From Candidatus Moraniibacteriota bacterium (lineage in GTDB: Bacteria > Patescibacteriota > Minisyncoccia > Moranbacterales > UBA1568), in contig CAVURJ010000002.1 in the NCBI GenBank assembly GCA_963743885.1, positions 241,706 to 305,705 of the forward strand: a stretch of 64,000 nt of DNA, in the 5' to 3' direction. The position numbers and the translations under genes are program-made. This document shows positions 37,108 through 46,276 of this stretch, in pieces (within the stretch, counting starts at the first letter, position 1; every line of letters starts with the position of its first letter). The notes below the pieces were generated by a model. It was not told the DNA's origin, ran no database searches, and saw only the letters and a list, made by a program, of their open reading frames with translations.

Positions 37108-37305
37108 ATGGAACAGGAAATATTGAAGAAGCTTGAGGAGCAGGAGAAGAAGATTGATCTGATCTATGCGTCGGTGGAGAAGACTCGCGCGTATTTCCTA
37201 TGGACGCTGATTATTTCGGTCGCACTCTTCGTTCTTCCGCTTGTAGGGCTCATATTTGCTGTCCCATTCTTCTTATCCACACTTTCGGCTGCTTATGGCA
37301 TTTGA
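37108..37305 (+). CDS. Small membrane protein, 65 aa.
   Basis: Tandem TATAAT boxes upstream. One TM, ISVALFVLPLVGLIFAVPFFL. Confidence 0.35.
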   Translation: MEQEILKKLEEQEKKIDLIYASVEKTRAYFLWTLIISVALFVLPLVGLIFAVPFFLSTLSAAYGI

Positions 37306-37357
37306 CGGGGAGTGGTATAATAGAAGTATAAAAGGGTAATAATTAAAAACTACTATC

Positions 37358-37708
37358 ATGAACGTGCGATTCTTGTCGAAGGGGCTGGAGATGGATGATC
37401 GGACGAAAGACTATATCCTGAAGCGTCTCGAACGCTTGGAAAAACTGGTAGATCCTGTGAGTGAATTCGAAGTCGAGGTGGACATGGACAAGAAGGGCAA
37501 GTTCCGCGTAGAAGTGATGATCAAGACCCCGCATACTCTGTATCGGGCCGAGGATACGACGGAGAGCGTCGAGGGTTCGATCGATATTGCTGTCGATGAG
37601 CTCGAGATCCAGATCGTGAGAGGCAAGAACCGTTTCCGCGATCTCATCCGCCGTGGCGCCCGCTCCATCAAGAAGCGCCTCGCCATTGATAAGGATGCAA
37701 GATTCTAG
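37358..37708 (+). CDS. hpf: Ribosome hibernation promoting factor (HPF/RaiA family).
   Basis: Length and beta-alpha-beta pattern of HPF, with ...TDYILKRLERLEK...KFRVEVMIKTP...AEDTTESVEGSIDIAVDELEIQI. Confidence 0.85.
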   Translation: MNVRFLSKGLEMDDRTKDYILKRLERLEKLVDPVSEFEVEVDMDKKGKFRVEVMIKTPHTLYRAEDTTESVEGSIDIAVDELEIQIVRGKNRFRDLIRRGARSIKKRLAIDKDARF

Positions 37709-37718
37709 TGAAGATTTC

Positions 37719-37754
37719 CACCCCGCACTTTCCGAAAGTGCGGGGTTTCTTTTG
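37719..37754 (+). terminator. Rho-independent terminator after hpf.
   Basis: 11-bp stem ccccgcacttt/gaaagtgcgggg followed by tttctttt. Confidence 0.75.
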
Positions 37755-37841
37755 ACACGGCGGATATTTCATGGTATCCTTTTTGGTCCGGAATTCCGGG
37801 TGCAGTAGCTTGAAAACTTCAACAGAAGGAGGGTAGGAACC

Positions 37842-38084
37842 ATGAGCGATTTTGTAGTGGCAAGCAAGGAAGAGGTCGCGAGAGCGATGGAATTAGCCAA
37901 GAGCTCATATCGACCGAAGGAAATCCTTGAACTCCAGCAAGAGATTGAGGGGGAAACCAGGGCAGCAGAGATCTTCGCTGCTGTCACGGGCAAGGCTGAC
38001 CCGGCAAAGATTCAACAAATCGTTGAGATGAAGTTAAAGCTTGACGGCTTGTATTCCAAATGGCTCGCCGGCTGTATCGCCTGA
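37842..38084 (+). CDS. Hypothetical small protein, 80 aa.
   Basis: RBS aaggaggg before ATG at 37842. Confidence 0.4.
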   Translation: MSDFVVASKEEVARAMELAKSSYRPKEILELQQEIEGETRAAEIFAAVTGKADPAKIQQIVEMKLKLDGLYSKWLAGCIA

Positions 38085-38210
38085 CACCTCCCGCACGCAA
38101 GCCGCATCCTCAGACCAAACGGTCCAGGGTGCGGTTTTTTCTTTGTTTTGGACCGTATTTGAGCCGTTTTTCATACATACCACACGATACATGATACCCA
38201 ATACGCCACT

Positions 38211-38239
38211 TTGACTCCCTGTGGTTTCTCTGATAAAAT
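38211..38239 (+). promoter_or_regulatory. Sigma70-like promoter for secA (TTGACT, 17-bp spacer, TAAAAT).
   Basis: Seen in sequence. A tgttcactgttcactg direct repeat lies downstream. Confidence 0.4.
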
Positions 38240-38325
38240 TGAGAGGAAATTGGCTTTATTAAAAGGAAAACGATGAATTGTTTTCCGTTAGTTGCTGACT
38301 GTTAATTGTTCACTGTTCACTGATT

Positions 38326-41022
38326 ATGTCTTTTCTTCAGAAACTCTTCGGGTCGAATGAACGCGAGGTGAATAAGCTTAAGCCGATCGTCGAGGAGATC
38401 AATGCATTTGCAGGAGCGATAGAGAAGCTTTCCGATGAAGAGCTCCGCGGTAAGACGGGAGAGTTCAAGGAACGCTTCACGAAGGGTGAAACGCTTGATG
38501 ACCTCTTGCCGGAAGCATACGCAGTCGTCCGCGAAGCAGCCAAGCGCGCTATCGGCGAGCGGCACTACGATGTGCAGCTCATGGGCGGCATCGCGCTTCA
38601 TCAGGGCAAGATCGCTGAGATGAAGACTGGTGAAGGCAAGACGCTCACGTCGACCCTCCCGATCTATCTCAATGCGCTCTCGGGCAAGGGTGTGCATGTG
38701 GTCACGGTGAACGACTACCTCGCCAAGCGCGACTGCAACTGGATGAGCCGGGTCTATGATTTCCTCGGTCTGTCTTCGGCTTGTATCGTGGGTCAGGGTG
38801 TGTCGTACCGGTATACTCCTGTCGTCTCTGATGACAACGAAGTGACGATCGAGATGGAAAATCTGGTGCCGGTCTCGCGCCGCGAGGCCTATGCCGCCGA
38901 TATCACCTACGGGACCAACAATGAGTTTGGCTTTGACTATCTCCGCGACAACATGGTTGCGGAAGAAGGCCAGATGTCGCAGCGCGAGCTGAACTTTGCC
39001 ATCGTCGACGAAGTGGACTCTATCTTGATCGATGAGGCCCGCACACCGCTCATCATTTCTGCACCGGATGCGGAGTCGACCAAAATGTACGAGCAGTTCG
39101 CACGTATCGTGCCACAACTCAAGCCTGGGAAACCTGCCCGAAACGCTTCGGAGGCGTCTTCGCCGAACGATGCGGGCGGGGACTACGTCGTCGATGAGAA
39201 GATGAAGGCGGTGACGCTCACCGACGAAGGCATGAATCATGTCGAGCAGCTCCTCGGCATGGGCAATATCTATGCGTCTGGCAATGTGCAGTACGTGCAC
39301 CATCTGGAGCAGTCGCTCAAGGCGCAGATCATCTTCAAGCTCGACCGCGACTATGTGGTGAAGGATGGTGAGGTGATCATCGTGGATGACTTCACTGGCC
39401 GCCTTATGCCGGGACGCCGCTACAGCGATGGTCTGCATCAGGCGATTGAGGCTAAGGAAGGCGTCACGGTGCAGAAGGAATCCCGTACACTTGCGACTAT
39501 CACATTCCAGAACTATTTCCGCCTCTACAACAAGCTCGCCGGCATGACCGGTACGGCGACGACGTCGGCTGAGGAGCTCGCCAAGGTGTACAAGCTCGAT
39601 GTGCTCGAGATCCCGACCAACCGTCCGATGGTTCGCCGCGATCTGGGAGATATCATCTACAAGACCGAGGAAGGCAAGTTCCGCGCGATCGTCGAGCGCG
39701 TGAAGGAGGTCAATGCGACCGGCCAGCCGATGCTCATCGGTACAGTGGCGATCGAGAAGTCCGAGTACCTTCATGAGCTCTTGCTCCGCGAAGGTGTGCC
39801 GCACGAGGTGCTCAATGCTAAGAATCATGAGAAGGAAGCTGCGATCGTGGCCAATGCCGGCCAGCAAGGCGCGGTGACTATCGCGACCAACATGGCTGGC
39901 CGCGGCACTGACATCAAGCTGGGGATCGGCGTGCGCGAGCTCGGTGGCCTCTTCATCGTTGGTACAGAACGACATGAGGCGCGACGCATCGACAACCAGC
40001 TCCGCGGCCGCGCGGGACGCCAGGGCGATCCGGGCATGTCGCAGTTCTATGTGTCGCTCGAGGATGAGTTGATGCGGCGGTTCGGCGGGGACAAGATGAA
40101 GAGCATGATGACGACCCTCGGCCTACCGGAGGATGAACCGATCGTGAACAGCCTCATCTCGAGGACGATCGAGAGTGCACAGTCCAAGATCGAAGGTTTC
40201 AACTTCGATATCCGCAAGCACGTGCTTGAGTATGACGACGTGATGAACAAGCAGCGCGAGGTGGTCTATCGCAAGCGCCGCACGATGCTCACACTCGCCG
40301 ATTTCCGCGATGAGACGCTGCGTCTTATCTCCGAAGAGCTCGATCATGTGATCAGTTTTCATACGGCCATGGAGGAGCATGAGTGGAACGTAGCGACTAT
40401 CGCTGCCGAGGCCAATGGCATGTATCCGTCGCTTGATGCGGCAGTAGCCGAGAAGAAGCTTGAGAGTATCCGCGACGACCGGTCCAAGGATGAGATCGAG
40501 AAGCGTACGCTCATGCTCGAGTACTTGGTCGGAGAGGCGAAGGTGACGTATAGCAGCAAGGAAGAGGGATTCGGCAAGCCGATTTGGAATATGCTCCAGA
40601 AGTCGGTCTATCTTCGCTCGCTCGATACGCTTTGGATGAACCATCTCGATGAGATCGATTATCTGCGCCAGGGTATCGGACTGCGCGGCTACGGCCAGCG
40701 CGATCCGCTCATCGAGTACAAGCGCGAGGCGTATGATATGTTCCTCGGGCTCATGGATACTGTGCGCAAGACCTATCTCATGACGATCCTCAAGCTCACG
40801 CCAGAGATGGCGGCACCGGCACAGGAGGAAGCTCCGAAGGCGATGGAGTTCCGCGGAGCAGATGAGAATATGGAACAGTTTAGCGGTGTACAGGCGACGG
40901 GAGGATCAAATGCGGGCGATGCACCAGCACAGAAGCCGATTGTGAATCAGAACGTCATCGGCCGCAATGATCCCTGCCCGTGCGGCAGCGGTAAGAAGTA
41001 CAAGAAATGCCATGGAGCGTGA
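38326..41022 (+). CDS. secA: Preprotein translocase ATPase SecA.
   Basis: DEAD motor motifs, preprotein cross-linking domain and a C-terminal zinc finger, [14 protein letters not shown]. Confidence 0.95.
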   Translation: MSFLQKLFGSNEREVNKLKPIVEEINAFAGAIEKLSDEELRGKTGEFKERFTKGETLDDLLPEAYAVVREAAKRAIGERHYDVQLMGGIALHQGKIAEMKTGEGKTLTSTLPIYLNALSGKGVHVVTVNDYLAKRDCNWMSRVYDFLGLSSACIVGQGVSYRYTPVVSDDNEVTIEMENLVPVSRREAYAADITYGTNNEFGFDYLRDNMVAEEGQMSQRELNFAIVDEVDSILIDEARTPLIISAPDAESTKMYEQFARIVPQLKPGKPARNASEASSPNDAGGDYVVDEKMKAVTLTDEGMNHVEQLLGMGNIYASGNVQYVHHLEQSLKAQIIFKLDRDYVVKDGEVIIVDDFTGRLMPGRRYSDGLHQAIEAKEGVTVQKESRTLATITFQNYFRLYNKLAGMTGTATTSAEELAKVYKLDVLEIPTNRPMVRRDLGDIIYKTEEGKFRAIVERVKEVNATGQPMLIGTVAIEKSEYLHELLLREGVPHEVLNAKNHEKEAAIVANAGQQGAVTIATNMAGRGTDIKLGIGVRELGGLFIVGTERHEARRIDNQLRGRAGRQGDPGMSQFYVSLEDELMRRFGGDKMKSMMTTLGLPEDEPIVNSLISRTIESAQSKIEGFNFDIRKHVLEYDDVMNKQREVVYRKRRTMLTLADFRDETLRLISEELDHVISFHTAMEEHEWNVATIAAEANGMYPSLDAAVAEKKLESIRDDRSKDEIEKRTLMLEYLVGEAKVTYSSKEEGFGKPIWNMLQKSVYLRSLDTLWMNHLDEIDYLRQGIGLRGYGQRDPLIEYKREAYDMFLGLMDTVRKTYLMTILKLTPEMAAPAQEEAPKAMEFRGADENMEQFSGVQATGGSNAGDAPAQKPIVNQNVIGRNDPCPCGSGKKYKKCHGA

Positions 41023-41030
41023 TTAGTGCT

Positions 41031-41372
41031 ATGAAGATCATTCATAAAAATCAAGCAGAAAGATTCCAAAATGGGGATCATTGCGTAGCGATTGAATATT
41101 CCTTGGGGGATAAGGATATAAATGGCGCTGTCATAGAATTGTCTGGCAGGTACCCGGAAAGTGGGCGGGCGGTGAATATGGAGTGCAAAGAACTCGTGTA
41201 TGTGATTCGCGGTTCTGGAAAAGTCGCTGTGGAAGATGAAGAAACCAGTCTTGAAGAAGGTGATGTATTGCTTATTCAACCAGGCGAGAGATATTTTTGG
41301 GAGGGCGATTTGACTATGTTTATGCCATGTACGCCGGCCTGGCATCCGGAGCAGCACAAAGAGGTTGAGTAG
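41031..41372 (+). CDS. Cupin-domain protein.
   Basis: Small beta-barrel pattern with GDVLLIQPGERYFWEG. Confidence 0.6.
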   Translation: MKIIHKNQAERFQNGDHCVAIEYSLGDKDINGAVIELSGRYPESGRAVNMECKELVYVIRGSGKVAVEDEETSLEEGDVLLIQPGERYFWEGDLTMFMPCTPAWHPEQHKEVE

Positions 41373-41391
41373 TGTATAGAAAAACATTCTT

Positions 41392-41622
41392 ATGCAGCTC
41401 GGCATCTACGAACATTACAAGAAGAAACGCTATCAGGTGATTGGGGTGGCTCGGCACAGTGAGACCCTGGAAGAGATGGTCGTGTACCGCGCGCTGTATG
41501 ATTCCGAGGAATTCGGTGACCAGGCGCTCTGGGTCCGCCCGAAAGAGATGTTTCTCGAGGAAGTGGAAATAGACGGGAAGCATGTCCCTCGTTTCCGATA
41601 TATAGGTGAGGAAAATTTATGA
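41392..41622 (+). CDS. DUF1653-like small protein.
   Basis: YEHYKKKRYQVIGVARHSETLEEMVVYRALY pattern. Confidence 0.5.
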   Translation: MQLGIYEHYKKKRYQVIGVARHSETLEEMVVYRALYDSEEFGDQALWVRPKEMFLEEVEIDGKHVPRFRYIGEENL

Positions 41623-41945
41623 AAACATTAAAATTTGCGGAAAATCTGGTGCCGCTCGTGCTCTCGGGAGAGAAGACTTCGACGTGGCGCATGTTCGATG
41701 ACAAAGATCTCGCGGTCGGGGACGAGCTTTCGTTCATCAATCGTGCGACGAGCAAGGAATTCGCCAAAGCGAGGATCACAGCTGTTGAGATGAAGACCTT
41801 CGGCAAGATTGATGCGGCTGATCTCGTGGGTCATGAGCGCTATACGAGCCGCGACGAGATGATCGCGGTCTATCGGTCGTACTATGGCGACCAGGTAGAT
41901 GAGGAGACCCCGGTCAAGATGATCGATTTCGAACTTGTGAAATGA
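41619..41945 (+). CDS. ASCH-domain protein.
   Basis: PUA-like ASCH pattern (K..TWR...). ATGA overlap with the upstream gene. Confidence 0.6.
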   Translation: MKTLKFAENLVPLVLSGEKTSTWRMFDDKDLAVGDELSFINRATSKEFAKARITAVEMKTFGKIDAADLVGHERYTSRDEMIAVYRSYYGDQVDEETPVKMIDFELVK

Positions 41946-41951
41946 TCTGCT

Positions 41952-42605
41952 ATGGATGACAGGGAAGTTATCCTAGAGACGGAAGCATTCGTAAAAGAGA
42001 CGCTCGCTGGCGCTGAAGGTGCGCATGATTTTTGGCATATCCGTCGTGTCCATACGATGGCCAGGCGTATAGCGGCTGAGGAGAGCGCAGACATGCTTGT
42101 TGTCGAACTTGGAGCACTGCTTCATGATATCGCTGATGCGAAATTCCATGGCGGCGATGAGGAGATTGGGCCGCGGAAAGCGAAAGAGTTTCTTGAGAGT
42201 ATCGGTGTCGAGCAGAGAGTGATTGGTCATGTCGAGCAGATTATTCGGAACATCTCGTTTCGGAAGAGCCTCGAAGGTCAGGAGTTTCATTCGCTTGAGC
42301 TTGATGTCGTACAGGATGCGGATCGTCTCGATGCGCTCGGTGCTATCGGCATCGCGCGGACATTTGCATACAACGGAGCCAAGGGGCGGCAGCTGTATGA
42401 TCCTTCGGTCAAGCCGAATCTTCACATGACCAAGGAGGAATACAAGGCGAGCACAGCACCGACGATCAATCATTTCTATGAGAAGCTGCTTCTTCTCAAG
42501 GATCGGATGAATACAGCCACGGGCCGGCGGCTCGCGGAGGGCCGGCATGTCTTCATGGAGCGGTATCTTGAGGAGTTCTATGATGAATGGGAAGGAAAAG
42601 TATGA
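41952..42605 (+). CDS. HD-domain phosphohydrolase.
   Basis: HD motif (HIRRVH...LLHDIAD) and a downstream DADRLDALGAIG. Confidence 0.8.
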   Translation: MDDREVILETEAFVKETLAGAEGAHDFWHIRRVHTMARRIAAEESADMLVVELGALLHDIADAKFHGGDEEIGPRKAKEFLESIGVEQRVIGHVEQIIRNISFRKSLEGQEFHSLELDVVQDADRLDALGAIGIARTFAYNGAKGRQLYDPSVKPNLHMTKEEYKASTAPTINHFYEKLLLLKDRMNTATGRRLAEGRHVFMERYLEEFYDEWEGKV

Positions 42606-43018
42606 ATATGGATCTGCCACAGCACCCGCTCTTTGATGAATTGAAAAAGCTCGGTCTACCAGAGGGTGATTGGGCGGTGTTTGGGAGTGGCCCGATGTGG
42701 GTGCGCGGCATCCGTGAGTCGGAGGATATCGATATCATTGCCCGCGGCGCGGCGTGGGAGTGGACGAAGACGCATGGCAAGACCGGCATCAAGGAAAGCT
42801 CTGGTTTGGAATACGTGCAGTTCGCGAATGATAGTATCGAGGTCTACCGCGCTTGGTATCCGGGGGAATGGGATATCGATCAGTTGATTGATACGGCAGA
42901 GGTGGTCGGCGGCGTGCCGTTCGTAGGATTGGATCATGTCATCGCATGGAAGAAGATCATGGGCCGGGAGAAGGATGCGAAGGATCTGGTTCTGATTGAA
43001 AAGTATTTGAAGAAATAA
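42602..43018 (+). CDS. Minimal nucleotidyltransferase-fold protein.
   Basis: GSG...D-I-D signature FGSGPMWVRGIRESEDIDII. ATGA overlap with the HD gene. Confidence 0.5.
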   Translation: MNMDLPQHPLFDELKKLGLPEGDWAVFGSGPMWVRGIRESEDIDIIARGAAWEWTKTHGKTGIKESSGLEYVQFANDSIEVYRAWYPGEWDIDQLIDTAEVVGGVPFVGLDHVIAWKKIMGREKDAKDLVLIEKYLKK

Positions 43019-43020
43019 GT

Positions 43021-43464
43021 ATGAAGATCACATTGTGCGGGAGCATTGCGTTTATCGATGAGATGGATGCGGTGCGGAAGGAGCTCGAAGGGATGGGGCA
43101 TGAGGTACAGATGCCGCCTCTTGAGATCGTAGGGGAGGATGGTAGCATGATGCCAGTCAAGGAATATTATGCGCTCCGCAAGTCTGCTGCGGATGATCAG
43201 ACATGGATTTGGAAAAAGAAAGCGGAAGCGATGCGCGGACATTTCGATAAGGTAGCCTGGGCGGATGTGACGCTCGTGTGTAATTATGATAAGAACGGCA
43301 TTGTGGGATATGTTGGTGCTAATACGCTCATGGAAATGGGATTGGCATTCCATCTGAAGCAGCCGATTTATCTTTTGGGTCCGATTCCGGAGATTTCATA
43401 CAAGGAAGAGATTCTTGGTATGTGGCCGATTGTGATCAATGGTGATCTGAAGAAGATAGCATAA
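43021..43464 (+). CDS. Hypothetical protein, 147 aa, possibly a nucleoside 2-deoxyribosyltransferase-like Rossmann fold.
   Basis: MKITLCGSIAF N-terminus. Function is inferred only. Confidence 0.4.
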   Translation: MKITLCGSIAFIDEMDAVRKELEGMGHEVQMPPLEIVGEDGSMMPVKEYYALRKSAADDQTWIWKKKAEAMRGHFDKVAWADVTLVCNYDKNGIVGYVGANTLMEMGLAFHLKQPIYLLGPIPEISYKEEILGMWPIVINGDLKKIA

Positions 43465-43720
43465 GAAAGAAAAAGCCCTCGGCCGGATGGTCGGGGGTTT
43501 TCGTTTGCGCTTGGGCGCTTTCGAAGGGAGAGCGAGGAGGGGAGTGGGGGAGTGAAAAGGTGAAATCGTTGTTTCTATGAGGTATCCGGTGGATACCAGC
43601 GCTCCCAAATGTCCCCTATCCTCGCATCTCTATGATACACCCATATTGTCCGGGAGCGCAAGGAGGTAGAAAAAGGCAAGAAAAAAGGAAGGATCGCTTG
43701 GCGTTCCTTCCCTTGGCTGG

Positions 43721-44401
43721 CTATTCCTCTTCTTGTGATCGTTCGGAAATGCGGCCGAAAAGATTCTCGATGTCGTCTTGGACGAGCGCCTCCAGGTCTT
43801 CCGGGCTGCCGTGACAACTCTTCTTGATAAGCGCGGCCGCTTCTGGGAAGAGCACTCCATGGTAGACTTCGATTGAGATGTGGCCGAAGATGGTGCCAGG
43901 CATCTGGTTTTCCCACCATTCGATGTCGTCGGCGATGGCGTCGCCATGCGAGACCTCAACAAAAGTGCCGGGGCTAATGCATGGGATGCCGTCTGGCAGC
44001 TCGAAGATGTGGAACTCGAACTTTTCGGTCTCAGTGCTATGGTTGCCTTCCGGAGCTCGTATGAGCTTCTGGATAAGGCTGACGGCTGGCCTCTCAGCGA
44101 GGGAGAGTAGCTGATCTGGGATGCCGGCGGAGTATTCCCTCAGGAGTTTCAGCGAGCGTCTCGAAATCAGGTCATCGATGGTCTCGATTGTGATGAAGGC
44201 ACAGGCATGCATGCTCGAGACGACGTCTCCAGAAGAGATCGTTCTGGGAAACGGACCCAATGCCCTGGTCCATTCCGAGACATCCCTTAGTGATTCGATG
44301 CTCCTCATCGTGGAAGGGGCTTCCAGGTAGGTTTTTGGCGCAGCATCTGGAAACGTAGCATGGAGAACAGAAAAGCTGATGCGGCGGCTATCGGACGGCA
44401 T
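43721..44401 (-). CDS. Hypothetical protein, 226 aa.
   Basis: RBS agaaaggg before ATG at 44401. Convergent with the upstream genes. No recognised domain. Confidence 0.5.
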   Translation of the reverse strand: MPSDSRRISFSVLHATFPDAAPKTYLEAPSTMRSIESLRDVSEWTRALGPFPRTISSGDVVSSMHACAFITIETIDDLISRRSLKLLREYSAGIPDQLLSLAERPAVSLIQKLIRAPEGNHSTETEKFEFHIFELPDGIPCISPGTFVEVSHGDAIADDIEWWENQMPGTIFGHISIEVYHGVLFPEAAALIKKSCHGSPEDLEALVQDDIENLFGRISERSQEEE

Positions 44402-44490
44402 GATGAGCCCTTTCTCTTGGTTGCAGGTTAAGGAACGATAGGCTAGACTTTCAGGGTAAGGATAGCGGAAAAGCCCGTATTGTCAATACT

Positions 44491-44964
44491 ATGACCATGA
44501 GAAAACTTCTGACATTGTGTCTGGCGGTGGAAGATGGGAAGGTGCTCCTCGGCATGAAGAAGCGTGGTTTCGGCGCGGGCCGGTGGAACGGCTTCGGTGG
44601 CAAGGTGGAGCCGGGTGAGACGATCGAGGCGGCGGCGAAGCGTGAGATGCTTGAGGAGTGTGGCGTGTCGATCGAAGAGATGGAGAAGGTCGGCATTCAT
44701 GAGTTTGAGTTCGAGAAGAATAGAGGCGAGATCCTCGAGGTACATGTCTTCCGCGTCGGTATATGGAGCGGCGAGCCGGAGGAGACGGAAGAGATGAGGC
44801 CAGAGTGGTTCGCGTTTTCTGATATCCCGTACGATGAGATGTGGCCGGATGACCGCTATTGGCTGCCGATTTTCTTCGAAGGCAAACGGTTCCGTACGAG
44901 GTTCCTCTTCGGCGAGGGAGACGCCGTCCTTGAGAAGGATATTCGTGAAGGAGTATCACCGTGA
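44491..44964 (+). CDS. Nudix hydrolase (MutT-like).
   Basis: Nudix box GGKVEPGETIEAAAKREMLEECGV. Confidence 0.85.
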   Translation: MTMRKLLTLCLAVEDGKVLLGMKKRGFGAGRWNGFGGKVEPGETIEAAAKREMLEECGVSIEEMEKVGIHEFEFEKNRGEILEVHVFRVGIWSGEPEETEEMRPEWFAFSDIPYDEMWPDDRYWLPIFFEGKRFRTRFLFGEGDAVLEKDIREGVSP

Positions 44965-45010
44965 GCATCGGTGGAGGCCTATATTTTGTGTTGTTATTTT
45001 GGTATTTCAC

Positions 45011-45050
45011 GTGTACATATTTTCCTACGACCGTGGGAAAATATGTACAC
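45011..45050. promoter_or_regulatory. Perfect 15-bp inverted repeat, gtgtacatattttcc-N10-ggaaaatatgtacac, upstream of the L,D-transpeptidase gene.
   Basis: Seen directly. No T-run follows, so it is more likely an operator than a terminator. Confidence 0.35.
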
Positions 45051-45111
45051 AAAGAATGAGGTCTTGATGATATATTGGTATGTGGTTCGTGATTGATCTG
45101 ATATTATCGGA

Positions 45112-46014
45112 ATGAGTATGGGAAATATCCTCCGTATCAGTGTGTTCGTCATCGCTATCCTCGCCGCCGGGGCGCTTTTTCTGCGTTCGATGCCGCACGG
45201 ATCCAGTATGAGTGGCATCTCTGCTCAGTCGGCGATTTCTCAGACCGACCTCCGCCAATTCTTGCCGCCGCGTATCGTCTCGGTGGCGCCGGCTGACGGA
45301 GCCAAGGACGTGTTGCTTGGTATCGAGGATCCAATCATCGTGCGTTTCGATCATTCAGCCAGTCGCTTCTTTATCGATTTCCGATTGGATCCGCCAGTCG
45401 AGGTGGCGTATGAGAATAATGCGGAAAAGACGGAGTTCCGGGTCGTGCCGAAAGAGCCGCTTCGGGATGGGACAGAGTATACGCTTTCGGTGGCATATCG
45501 ACTGCGGACCGATGCTTCGGCTGAGGCGAAGGAGCTCGTGAAGGAACATTTCACGACGCTGCCGCCGCAGCCGACGGTGTGGAGCAAGGACACGGCAGTG
45601 CGCCTTGATGAGGCCAAGCGTTTGACCCGGGCCAAGGTCCGCGAGGGGAGGTATATTGATATCAATCTGGCGAGCCAGGTGATGACGATTTTCGAAGACG
45701 GCAAGGCATTTGATAGCTTCCTCGTCTCTTCTGGCAAACCGGGCATGGATACACCCCGGGGTACGTATCAGATTCGCAACAAAGCGCCTCGTCCATGGTC
45801 CAAGGCATATAGTCTTTTCATGCCGCATTGGATGGCGCTGGTGCCGGATGGGAAATACGGTATCCATGAATTGCCGGAATGGCCGGGCGGATACAAGGAG
45901 GGCGCGGCCCATTTGGGGCGGCCGGTCTCGCATGGCTGCGTGCGCCTCGGAGTAGGCGCCGCGAAGCGTGTCTATGAGTGGGCCGAAATCGGCACAAATG
46001 TGGTGGTGTATTAG
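45112..46014 (+). CDS. L,D-transpeptidase (YkuD domain) with an N-terminal membrane anchor.
   Basis: The catalytic motif HGCVRL lies in the C-terminal YkuD domain. Confidence 0.85.
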   Translation: MSMGNILRISVFVIAILAAGALFLRSMPHGSSMSGISAQSAISQTDLRQFLPPRIVSVAPADGAKDVLLGIEDPIIVRFDHSASRFFIDFRLDPPVEVAYENNAEKTEFRVVPKEPLRDGTEYTLSVAYRLRTDASAEAKELVKEHFTTLPPQPTVWSKDTAVRLDEAKRLTRAKVREGRYIDINLASQVMTIFEDGKAFDSFLVSSGKPGMDTPRGTYQIRNKAPRPWSKAYSLFMPHWMALVPDGKYGIHELPEWPGGYKEGAAHLGRPVSHGCVRLGVGAAKRVYEWAEIGTNVVVY

Positions 46015-46276
46015 ACTTGCTTTTTCCCTTATCCTGGGCTAGACTGAGCCTTGTCATATGGGCCTGTACCTGCCCGAATCGCTACGAGAGCAATTCTCTT
46101 GCGAATCGTTGCCCGCCCGCATCGTTACACGAGGCGTTTCGGGCAGGCGGGTGGGGTAAAGCTTGCCCTGTGTGATTCCGCTTTGCGGACCGGTGAAGCC
46201 GGATCACACGGGGTAAATATTACGCGGCATTCGTCCCTCACTTGGAAAACATTATTAGGTTCAAAGTAAATGGTTA

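Noticed and set aside
38317-39975. 552-aa minus-strand ORF
   Set aside because: Antisense to secA.
43465-43520. Terminator after the 43021-43464 gene
   Set aside because: The GC-rich segment gccctcggccggatggtcggggg is followed by a T-run, but the arms are not complementary (RC of tcggggg is cccccga, not ccctcgg). Left uncalled.
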